In this document: positions 42,322-49,836 of the stretch, in pieces | Numbering within the stretch: the stretch's first letter is position 1 | Layout: every line of letters starts with the position of its first letter | Assembly: GCA_035288905.1 (NCBI GenBank) | Contig: DATDYZ010000063.1 | Coordinates: forward strand, 1 to 49,836 | Source: Candidatus Anderseniibacteriota bacterium | Lineage (GTDB): Bacteria; Patescibacteriota; Andersenbacteria; UBA10190 | Length of the DNA stretch: 49,836 nucleotides | Reading direction: 5' to 3' | Translations under genes and position numbers: made by a program | Notes under the pieces: generated by a model | What the model saw: only the letters and a program-made list of their open reading frames with translations | Databases searched by the model: none | Told to the model about the DNA's origin: nothing

Positions 42322-43152
42322 ATGTCGCACGTTGAAGCACCATTTCTTATCGCTGTTATCAGAGAAAAGGAGAAAAGCCTTTTAGGAGATAACGAAATAA
42401 CACGCATCATGCATGCGAAGTCTCTTGCTGATGCGCGAGAGGTGCTTATGTCTACACCGTATGCCATGTTTTTGTCGGAAGGCTCTTCTATACAAAGCGG
42501 GCTCACAAGTGCTCTTGAGCACGAGTTTATTTGGCTTGAGCGCCATCTTGATAACTCAAACATACTTGCGTTTATTGCTGCGCGATATGACGTGCTGCAT
42601 GTAGCTCAAGCTGTAATTGCACTCGCAGAGGGAGAAGTACATGCGCCATCTACATCACGTATTGGTACGGTTTCTCATTCTATGCTGCAGGAACTTGTGT
42701 TTACGAATAGCAATGCGATGACTAAGGAAATGAAATTCTGGGTTTCTTGTATTGCGTCTCAGAAAGACGCGATTGTAAACGGAACGTGGTCTATGCCATT
42801 TCTTTTTGCTTCTATGCAACAAGTTTTAGAAGAACGACTGAGGAGTCTTGCATCAACACCGTTTATGAAAACTCTTGCAGAACAGCTGAAGAGTCGGCAT
42901 GAGAGTGATAGGAAGTTGCAGGAGGATAGATCACGTACTGATGCTGCGCGGTATGAATGGGAATGGGATGTACAAGCGATTAAACTTGCGCGTTCTTTCC
43001 GTTTTGAACCGGTGGGATATGACCCAATTATCGCGTACTGGATTACGAAAGAGATGGAACGCAAAACAATCAGCCTCATGTTTGCAGCACTTGCGGGCGG
43101 ATTTTCAACAGAAGAAACACGTTCGTTTATTCGGCCATTTGCTCATGTATGA
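42322..43152 (+). CDS. ntpC: V/A-type ATPase subunit C (d)
   Basis: Called from operon position and size class. At 276 aa it looks short for the family. Confidence 0.7.
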   Translation: MSHVEAPFLIAVIREKEKSLLGDNEITRIMHAKSLADAREVLMSTPYAMFLSEGSSIQSGLTSALEHEFIWLERHLDNSNILAFIAARYDVLHVAQAVIALAEGEVHAPSTSRIGTVSHSMLQELVFTNSNAMTKEMKFWVSCIASQKDAIVNGTWSMPFLFASMQQVLEERLRSLASTPFMKTLAEQLKSRHESDRKLQEDRSRTDAARYEWEWDVQAIKLARSFRFEPVGYDPIIAYWITKEMERKTISLMFAALAGGFSTEETRSFIRPFAHV

Positions 43153-43478
43153 AACAAGAATCTTTTCCCATTGCATATATTGGGCCAAGTGGTGCCGGGC
43201 TTGGATTTTCACTCTCGGGTATATTTGTAGAAGAGACTGATGACCCAAACCGAGCGCTCGCGTTGGTGAAGGAATGGAAAGCGGACGGTACACGCAAGAT
43301 TATATTTATGGATGAAGGGCTTGCAGGTCCGAATCTCGGTGCCATCCGATCTCTCAATGAAGATGCCTTACCAGCAATTATGCTTCTTCCAAACCCTTCC
43401 AACCCGACGCATACCGCAGCAAAGAATCTTGAGCAACTCATGATTCGTGCCGTTGGTTCAGATATATTCGCATCTTAA
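43149..43478 (+). CDS. ntpF: V/A-type ATPase subunit F
   Basis: [18 protein letters not shown]... pattern. 4-nt overlap with ntpC. Confidence 0.85.
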   Translation: MKQESFPIAYIGPSGAGLGFSLSGIFVEETDDPNRALALVKEWKADGTRKIIFMDEGLAGPNLGAIRSLNEDALPAIMLLPNPSNPTHTAAKNLEQLMIRAVGSDIFAS

Positions 43479-43494
43479 TTTTATCCCCTACTCT

Positions 43495-45261
43495 ATGAAA
43501 ACAAAGAATATTACAGGAGCAATAGAAAAAGTTTCAGGCCCGCTGGTTGTTGCTAAAAACATGAACGGAGCGAACATTCAGGACGTTGTTCGTGTGGGCA
43601 ATGCCGGACTTATTGGTGAGATTATTGAATTGCATGGCGATAAGGCTTCTTTGCAGGTATACGAAGAAACCTCCGGATTAAAACCAGGAGATGTAGTTGT
43701 TTCAACGGGAGAACCGCTTTCATTAATGCTTGGGCCAGGGATGCTTGGTGCTATTTATGACGGTATTCAGCGACCACTGGACGTTATTAAAGAATCTCAT
43801 GGCGCATTTATTGCACGTGGAGCAGAAGCTCCTGCGCTCCAGGAAGAAAAAACATGGGAATTTACTCCTACTATTGAAGCAGGCGCCGCAATTGCGGGTG
43901 GCGATATTGTTGGTACGGTTCAAGAAGGTGCGATTCTTCATTCTATTATGGTTCCTCCTCATGTTTCAGGTACGCTCACATCTATTCACGGTGGAACGTT
44001 TACCGTTTTGGATACAATTGGAGAAATTACAACAGGGCAAAGTGTACATGCGCTGCGCTTAGCTCAAAGCTGGCCCATTAGAATGCCTCGGCCGGTGCGC
44101 AGAAAACTTGTTCCAACAGTTCCTCTGGTTACCGGGCAGCGTGTTATTGACACATTTTTTCCTATTGCGAAGGGTGGAACAGCCGCAATTCCTGGCCCTT
44201 TTGGTTCTGGAAAATCAGTAGCTCAGCAGCAGCTCGCGAAATGGTCAGATGCGGATGTAATTGTGTATATCGGGTGCGGAGAACGTGGGAATGAAATGAC
44301 TGACGTGCTTCTGGAATTTCCAGAATTAACAGATCCTAAAACAGGGGAGAGTTTAATGAAGCGAACAATTCTTATTGCGAATACTTCAAATATGCCAGTT
44401 GCTGCTCGAGAGGCTTCTGTGTATACCGGAATGACAATTGCGGAATATTTTCGAGATATGGGATATTCGGTTGCCCTGATGGCGGATTCTACATCACGTT
44501 GGGCGGAAGCACTTCGTGAAATGTCTGGAAGATTAGAAGAAATGCCTGGTGATGAAGGATACCCTGCGTACTTGGGGTCGCGTACTGCTCAGTTTTATGA
44601 ACGTGCAGGCATTGCAGAAGTACTAGGAAATCCCGCGCGGCAAGGGTCGCTTACTGCAATTGGTGCGGTATCTCCACCAGGAGGGGATTTATCAGAACCT
44701 GTTACGCAAAATACGCTCTCCGTGGTGAAAGTCTTTTGGGGGTTGGAAGAGCGCTTGGCGTACAGGCGCCATTACCCCGCAATAAATTGGCTTACCAGCT
44801 ATTCGCTCTATCTTGATCAGCTTGCATCGTACTTTACGAAAGAGGCTGGGAACGATTGGGATACTCTACGGAAAGAAGCGATGGGGATTCTTCAACAGGA
44901 AGCAGCGCTCGAGGAAATTGTTCGCTTGGTCGGTCTTGAAGCGCTTTCAAAAAATGAGCAGTTGTTACTCCACATCGCGCGTATGATTCGAGAAGATTAC
45001 TTACAACAGAACGCATATGACGTTGTTGATACATATACGTCGCTCTATAAGCAGTATCGTATGCTTTCTTTGATCCTTGATTTGTACAAGAAAGCGATTG
45101 ATCGCCTCAAGGTACAGGATTTTGCCATGCAGTCATTTCTTTCTCTGGAAATACTTCCAATTATCGCCAGGGCAAAATTCACTCCAGAAAAGGAAGTTGA
45201 TACGGTATTTGATGCACTTCGTATATCAATTACTTCCGCAGTTGATTCACTTACCAATTAA
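43495..45261 (+). CDS. ntpA: V/A-type ATPase catalytic subunit A
   Basis: Walker [10 protein letters not shown], non-homologous insert region, GERGNEM. ATG at 43495 ([19 protein letters not shown]). Confidence 0.95.
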   Translation: MKTKNITGAIEKVSGPLVVAKNMNGANIQDVVRVGNAGLIGEIIELHGDKASLQVYEETSGLKPGDVVVSTGEPLSLMLGPGMLGAIYDGIQRPLDVIKESHGAFIARGAEAPALQEEKTWEFTPTIEAGAAIAGGDIVGTVQEGAILHSIMVPPHVSGTLTSIHGGTFTVLDTIGEITTGQSVHALRLAQSWPIRMPRPVRRKLVPTVPLVTGQRVIDTFFPIAKGGTAAIPGPFGSGKSVAQQQLAKWSDADVIVYIGCGERGNEMTDVLLEFPELTDPKTGESLMKRTILIANTSNMPVAAREASVYTGMTIAEYFRDMGYSVALMADSTSRWAEALREMSGRLEEMPGDEGYPAYLGSRTAQFYERAGIAEVLGNPARQGSLTAIGAVSPPGGDLSEPVTQNTLSVVKVFWGLEERLAYRRHYPAINWLTSYSLYLDQLASYFTKEAGNDWDTLRKEAMGILQQEAALEEIVRLVGLEALSKNEQLLLHIARMIREDYLQQNAYDVVDTYTSLYKQYRMLSLILDLYKKAIDRLKVQDFAMQSFLSLEILPIIARAKFTPEKEVDTVFDALRISITSAVDSLTN

Positions 45262-45276
45262 TATCTCCTTATACCT

Positions 45277-46668
45277 ATGCTTACAGAATACAAAACAACT
45301 GCAGATGTAACTGGCCCACTCCTCATTGTTGAACACGTTGCTGGAGTTGGATACGACGAGCTTGTAGAAGTGGAGATGGCAAGTGGAGAAAAACGCAGAG
45401 GCAAAGTTCTTGAAGTACACAACGACCGCGCGGTTATCCAGATGTTTGAGGGAACATCGGGGCTCAATATTCCAGAGACTAAGATACGCTTTCAGGGAGA
45501 TGTATTAAAACTTCCTGTATCGAGCGATCTGTTGGGGCGTACGTTTACCGGTTCCGGTGCTCCGCGAGATGGGCAGATGGAAATTATTCCGGATGAACTG
45601 CGCGATATTAACGGATCACCGATAAATCCGGCGGCGCGTGCATATCCAAATGATTTTATTCAAACGGGTATTTCAACCATCGATGGAATGAATACGCTTG
45701 TTCTTGGGCAAAAGCTCCCGATCTTTTCCGGATCTGGACTTCCTCATGCGAAGCTTGCGGCCCAAATTGCCAGGCAGGCAAGTGTACCTTCGTCTGGTGG
45801 TGGGCAATCTCGCAAAGGTGAGATTGATTTTGCGATCGTGTTTGCTGCTATGGGAATTACGTTTGAGGAAGCGGAGTTTTTTATCAATGACTTCACCGCT
45901 CGTGGTGCTATCGAGCGTTCTGTGCTCTTTATTAACCTTGCAGATGATCCTGCGGTTGAGCGTATTGCAACTCCTCGTATGGCGCTTACTGCTGCAGAGT
46001 ACTTGGCATATACAAAACACATGCATGTATTAGTCATCATGACAGACATGACCAAATATGCCGAAGCACTTCGAGAAGTAAGCTCTGCGAGAAAAGAAGT
46101 TCCTGGGCGTCGCGGGTATCCTGGGTATTTGTACTCTGACCTTGCAACACTGTACGAACGAGCAGGGAGAATTCAAGGCGAGCAAGGTTCTATTACGCAA
46201 CTCCCTATTCTTTCGATGCCAGAAGACGACAAGACGCATCCGATTCCAGATTTAACTGGATATATTACAGAAGGGCAGATTGTGCTTGCACGAGACTTGC
46301 ATCAGCGGGGTATTTATCCGCCCGTGCAGGTGCTTGGATCGTTGTCTCGTTTGATGCCAAAAGGAATTGGGGAAGGGAAAACACGGGAAGATCATAGCGG
46401 TGTGGCCAATCAGCTGTTTGCTTCATATGCGCGCGGACAAGAAGTGCGTGAACTTGCTACTATTTTGGGAGAAGGGTCACTGACTGATACCGATAAAAAG
46501 TATCTAGAATTTGTTGAGCGATTTGAACGGGAATTTGTACAGCAGGGGCCGGATGAAAACAGAACGATTGAAGAAACGCTTACGATTGGCTGGAAAATTC
46601 TTTCTGTTTTACCAAGGAGCGAGCTCAAGCGTGTAAAGAGCGAACAAATAGAGAAGTATGCGAGTTAA
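45277..46668 (+). CDS. ntpB: V/A-type ATPase subunit B
   Basis: GPLLIVE..., ...[19 protein letters not shown]... Confidence 0.95.
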   Translation: MLTEYKTTADVTGPLLIVEHVAGVGYDELVEVEMASGEKRRGKVLEVHNDRAVIQMFEGTSGLNIPETKIRFQGDVLKLPVSSDLLGRTFTGSGAPRDGQMEIIPDELRDINGSPINPAARAYPNDFIQTGISTIDGMNTLVLGQKLPIFSGSGLPHAKLAAQIARQASVPSSGGGQSRKGEIDFAIVFAAMGITFEEAEFFINDFTARGAIERSVLFINLADDPAVERIATPRMALTAAEYLAYTKHMHVLVIMTDMTKYAEALREVSSARKEVPGRRGYPGYLYSDLATLYERAGRIQGEQGSITQLPILSMPEDDKTHPIPDLTGYITEGQIVLARDLHQRGIYPPVQVLGSLSRLMPKGIGEGKTREDHSGVANQLFASYARGQEVRELATILGEGSLTDTDKKYLEFVERFEREFVQQGPDENRTIEETLTIGWKILSVLPRSELKRVKSEQIEKYAS

Positions 46669-47278
46669 TCCCACAAGAATGGAGCTATTGCGTACGAAAA
46701 AGCGTACGCAGCTTGCAAAGAAGGGACACAAGCTATTGAAAGATAAGCGTGATGGGCTGATGCGTGAGTTTTTAAAGATTGTGCGTGAAGCGAAAAGCTT
46801 GCGCAAGCAAATAGATGAACTGCTGTTTGCGTCACTTCGGCATTTCGTACTAGCACAAGCTTCGATGCTCCCGGAAGCAGTTGATATACTGCGAAAGCTT
46901 AAGCCATATTCTATATCACTGGCTGTTTCTGAAAAATCGATGATGGGAGTTAAGGTCCCCGAGTTTACCGTATCATTGGAATCGAAAGACGAGCAGATAG
47001 GCGTATGGGAAACGTCTCGAGAGCTTGATATTGCACTTGTTTCATTTCAAAAGCTTCTTCCACTCTTGCTCCAGCTTGCTACAATCGAAAAAACGGCAGA
47101 ATTACTAGCGAAAGAAATTGAAATTACGCGAAGACGAGTAAACGCTCTCGAATACGTACTTCTGCCTCAATTACAGCAAGTTATAAAATACATTCGTATG
47201 AAATTAGACGAACAAGAACGCGCCGCAATTATGACCGTGATGGCCGTGAAGCGGAATATTTCAGAAGTGCATGAGTAA
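46658..47278 (+). CDS. ntpD: V/A-type ATPase subunit D
   Basis: [32 protein letters not shown]. Confidence 0.92.
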   Translation: MRVNPTRMELLRTKKRTQLAKKGHKLLKDKRDGLMREFLKIVREAKSLRKQIDELLFASLRHFVLAQASMLPEAVDILRKLKPYSISLAVSEKSMMGVKVPEFTVSLESKDEQIGVWETSRELDIALVSFQKLLPLLLQLATIEKTAELLAKEIEITRRRVNALEYVLLPQLQQVIKYIRMKLDEQERAAIMTVMAVKRNISEVHE

Positions 47279-47654
47279 GCAATATATACAGTGGCCCGGC
47301 GACGATATAAAACACTTTCATATGCACGGGTGCGTGGATGATGCCCATGTTAAAGAGGCTTGGATAATCGGAGTTTAAGCGAATATTTAGGACGTAATAC
47401 CCAAAAGCTTCAAGGAGACCTATGCATACCAGATAAAAAACAGTAATAAACAAGATTGGGTGTTTTATTTTTGTGTGTATATGAACGATATATAAGATAG
47501 TTAACCCGAGCGTCCATAGTACTAATGGAAAAATGTTTATGGTATTAAATAAAAATAGATTATTGCCGATATATTCGTATCGATTAAAAAATGTCCAGAT
47601 GGTTGTGATGACAAGCGCGAGTAAAAAGGCATACAAAGTATTGTTTTTCCTCAT
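47229..47654 (-). CDS. Small multi-pass membrane protein
   Basis: Four hydrophobic helices. Its 3' end overlaps the ntpD 3' end convergently. Confidence 0.65.
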   Translation of the reverse strand: MRKNNTLYAFLLALVITTIWTFFNRYEYIGNNLFLFNTINIFPLVLWTLGLTILYIVHIHTKIKHPILFITVFYLVCIGLLEAFGYYVLNIRLNSDYPSLFNMGIIHAPVHMKVFYIVAGPLYILLTHALLKYSASRPSRS

Positions 47655-47672
47655 ATCTCAACAATACCTGTA

Positions 47673-49601
47673 TTAGAGCGGAGTGAGAAGCGTTGTGGGA
47701 CTTGGCTTAGGCAAGCAGCGTTGCGTAAATTCTGTACCAGGGAGGAAATATTCAATGCCACGGCTGTAACATGATGGCCGTATTGCAATCCCCGCAGGTG
47801 GAGCAAATTCTTCGTTTGGCAGTTCTGCTAGGTAGTGCTCCATGAGCAACTTCCAAAGCGGCGCAGCTCCTATAGACGCAGGGGTGCGGTACATAGACGT
47901 ATTGTCGTTATTGCCTATCCATACGCCAACTGCCAAATTGGGCGTGTATCCTATCGTCCACCCATCGCGGTAATCTTGCGTCGTTCCTGTTTTTACTGCC
48001 GCGCTCCGGGATATAGTTAAGAGTTTTCCGAAGATTTCTGCTCGCGCGTTAGCATCTGAAAGTATAGAGGAGATAATAAACGCCACTCTTTCGTCTAGTA
48101 CATGTATTGCAGGCTTCTTTTTAAATACAATGTCTTGATCATATTTATTTTTTATATGCATAATCGTATTTGGCTTGTGTAGTATTCCATGGTTTGCAAA
48201 GACGCCATATGCAGATGTTAAGTCCAAAAGCGTAATATTTTCTGCGCCTAGCGCAGTAGATGGGTTGTATATGGCGTTGTCTCTTATAGTTGAGATACCG
48301 AGCTTTTTTGCGAGCGCTACTACGTTTGGAATTCCTGTTTTTATGATCGTTTCAACTGCGGGTACGTTGAGAGAATTTGCAAGTGCGCGGCGTACCGTAA
48401 CGGGGCCACGCCACTTGTTGTCGTAATCTTTTGGCTGATAATTTCCAATAAACGTTGTAGGTCTGTCTTGGAGTATGGTTGCCGCCGTAACCACTTTTTC
48501 TTCAAGTGCCGTAGCATATACGATAGGTTTAAACGCGGAACCTGTTTGTCTGGGAGAAGTTGCCATATTTGCTTTTCCGTACTGTTCTTGAAACCAATCA
48601 ACGCTGCCTACCAGTGCTCGCAGGTTCCCGTTTTGCGGATCAAGTATAACGGCAGCTCCATTACCTACGTTGCCAGAACGGAGCGAGACTACGTGGGTTT
48701 TTAGCGTTTCTTCTGCATATTGTTGCCAATTTACATCCAGCGTTGTTGTGACTTTCATTCCCATTCGAATTACGTTTTCTTCTCCGTACATACGATCTAC
48801 CTCTTCTTTTACCATGAGTGCAAAGTGGGGAGCCGTCTTGTTTATATCGTCAGGTTGTTTTTGAAACACCACGTGCTCTTTGAGCGCTGCGTTGTGTTGC
48901 GCGGTGGTTATGTATCCTTGTTCTTCCATGAGGCCAAGTACGATATGCTGGCGCTCTTTGGGTTCATATGCAGCAGGGGCAGGCATGAGGCCGGCGAGTA
49001 TTGCAGACTGTGCGAGTGTTAATGCTTTTGCTTCAACGGTGAAGTACGCCGCTGCAGCAGCCTCAACGCCGAACACTCCTTCGCCAAAGTATGCGGAGTT
49101 AATATACATTTCCAGAATTTCTTTTTTTGAAAAATTACGTTCTAGTTTTATGGCAATGATGATTTCCTGAAATTTTCTTGTGATGGTTTTTTCTGGAGTT
49201 AGTAATGAGTTTTTTACCAATTGTTGGGTTATTGTTGACCCACCGTAGCGTATTTCTTTTTGTTTAATATCCAGGTATAGCGAGCGCACCATTCCACGAA
49301 TTGAAAATCCGTGATGGGAGAAGAAATCTTTATCTTCTGCTGCGATAATTGCTTGTTGCGTGTGGAGGGGTACGCTTGCAAGCGGGATAAATATTCTCGG
49401 TCTGGCACGGTTAAACGCAAAAAAGAGAGTGCCCGTACGGTCGTATATCATAAGGCCGGTGTCTCTTCTGTTCATGATCGTATTTTTGTCGCCTATGTCG
49501 TATGAACGATATATTCGAATTGATTGTGCCAATGTGGCAAGTATGGCAACAAACGCAAATAGCGCGACCCAGTATACGAGGGTTTTAAAAATCTGACGCA
49601 T
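47673..49601 (-). CDS. Class A penicillin-binding protein (PBP1A: GT51 transglycosylase plus transpeptidase)
   Basis: EDKDFFSHHGF, GGSTITQQLVKN, SAFKP (SxxK), SLN (SxN), KTGTT. The Met at 49601 precedes the TM anchor. Confidence 0.93.
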   Translation of the reverse strand: MRQIFKTLVYWVALFAFVAILATLAQSIRIYRSYDIGDKNTIMNRRDTGLMIYDRTGTLFFAFNRARPRIFIPLASVPLHTQQAIIAAEDKDFFSHHGFSIRGMVRSLYLDIKQKEIRYGGSTITQQLVKNSLLTPEKTITRKFQEIIIAIKLERNFSKKEILEMYINSAYFGEGVFGVEAAAAAYFTVEAKALTLAQSAILAGLMPAPAAYEPKERQHIVLGLMEEQGYITTAQHNAALKEHVVFQKQPDDINKTAPHFALMVKEEVDRMYGEENVIRMGMKVTTTLDVNWQQYAEETLKTHVVSLRSGNVGNGAAVILDPQNGNLRALVGSVDWFQEQYGKANMATSPRQTGSAFKPIVYATALEEKVVTAATILQDRPTTFIGNYQPKDYDNKWRGPVTVRRALANSLNVPAVETIIKTGIPNVVALAKKLGISTIRDNAIYNPSTALGAENITLLDLTSAYGVFANHGILHKPNTIMHIKNKYDQDIVFKKKPAIHVLDERVAFIISSILSDANARAEIFGKLLTISRSAAVKTGTTQDYRDGWTIGYTPNLAVGVWIGNNDNTSMYRTPASIGAAPLWKLLMEHYLAELPNEEFAPPAGIAIRPSCYSRGIEYFLPGTEFTQRCLPKPSPTTLLTPL

Positions 49602-49651
49602 AGAGTACTGTACACTATCTATTTTTTTGTTCGTATGCGCAAGGCGATTTT

Positions 49652-49836
49652 TTATACGAGAAAGAGCAGTAGCACTCCAAGCGCTAGTCGATACCATCCA
49701 AATGCACTCAAGGTGTGTCGCTCTAAATACTTCAGAAGCCACTGTACTACAAGTAGCGCTGTTATACATGCGATAAGAAACCCTACCGCCAGCACGATAC
49801 CTTCTTGTTGGTTTGTAATGGCGGGGTGTGATGCAG
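49652..49836 (-). CDS. uppP: Undecaprenyl-diphosphate phosphatase, 3' end only (runs off the window)
   Basis: Hand-translated as ...EGIVLAVGFLIACITALLVVQWLLKYLERHTLSAFGWYRLALGVLLLFLV*, a typical UppP/BacA C-terminus. Confidence 0.7.
   Translation of the reverse strand, partial: ASHPAITNQQEGIVLAVGFLIACITALLVVQWLLKYLERHTLSAFGWYRLALGVLLLFLV

Noticed and set aside
1-49836. CRISPR arrays, rRNA genes, transposases, integrases and restriction-modification or other recognisable defence systems
   Set aside because: No regularly spaced direct repeats were seen, and no ORFs carried the corresponding hallmark motifs on either strand.

Overview
A moderately AT-rich bacterial chromosome segment with patches that look more G+C-rich by eye. 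The taxon cannot be assigned from sequence alone. Many genes lack a Shine-Dalgarno sequence and have a -10-like box 5-8 nt upstream of the ATG, so they look leaderless. Housekeeping content: a complete V/A-type ATPase operon in G-I-K-E-C-F-A-B-D order (39.0-47.3 kb), class A PBP1A, the 3' end of uppP, an ABC-2 exporter pair, an inositol monophosphatase, a UmuD'-like/Y-family polymerase pair and tRNA-Asn(GUU). Roughly 19-32 kb is an accessory mosaic of small, mostly unrelated enzyme genes in mixed orientation: histidine phosphatase, PgeF/YfiH-like, APH kinase, ANT-like nucleotidyltransferase, Hint-domain protein, GIY-YIG nuclease, SGNH hydrolase, DUF1653, pyroglutamyl peptidase, NUDIX and GNAT. 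These genes are separated by recurring short conserved intergenic motifs. The most unusual observations, all read directly from the sequence: (1) three tandem copies of the tRNA-Asn 5' segment, two of them truncated with palindromic insertions in the D-loop, bracket the GIY-YIG ORF. (2) A conserved AGGTTCTTACTTCCTCC motif lies just 3' of at least five or six accessory genes, together with a TTTCTGGTGTTT-type motif 5' of gene starts and three 22-29-nt direct repeats. This gives a cassette-like organisation with no recombinase visible in the window. (3) A roughly 140-nt multi-hairpin candidate ncRNA at 19.3 kb. (4) A naturally truncated UmuD'-like protein with both catalytic residues substituted. 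(5) A G+C-richer three-gene operon encoding two paralogous SPFH-like coiled-coil membrane proteins. (6) Four diverged paralogs of a secreted M23-like family. (7) A four-gene ATGA-coupled membrane operon ending in a PT-TG (polymorphic-toxin pre-toxin) protein directly upstream of the ATPase operon. No CRISPR array, rRNA, transposase or integrase was seen. All homology calls rest on motif recognition by eye, not on database searches.
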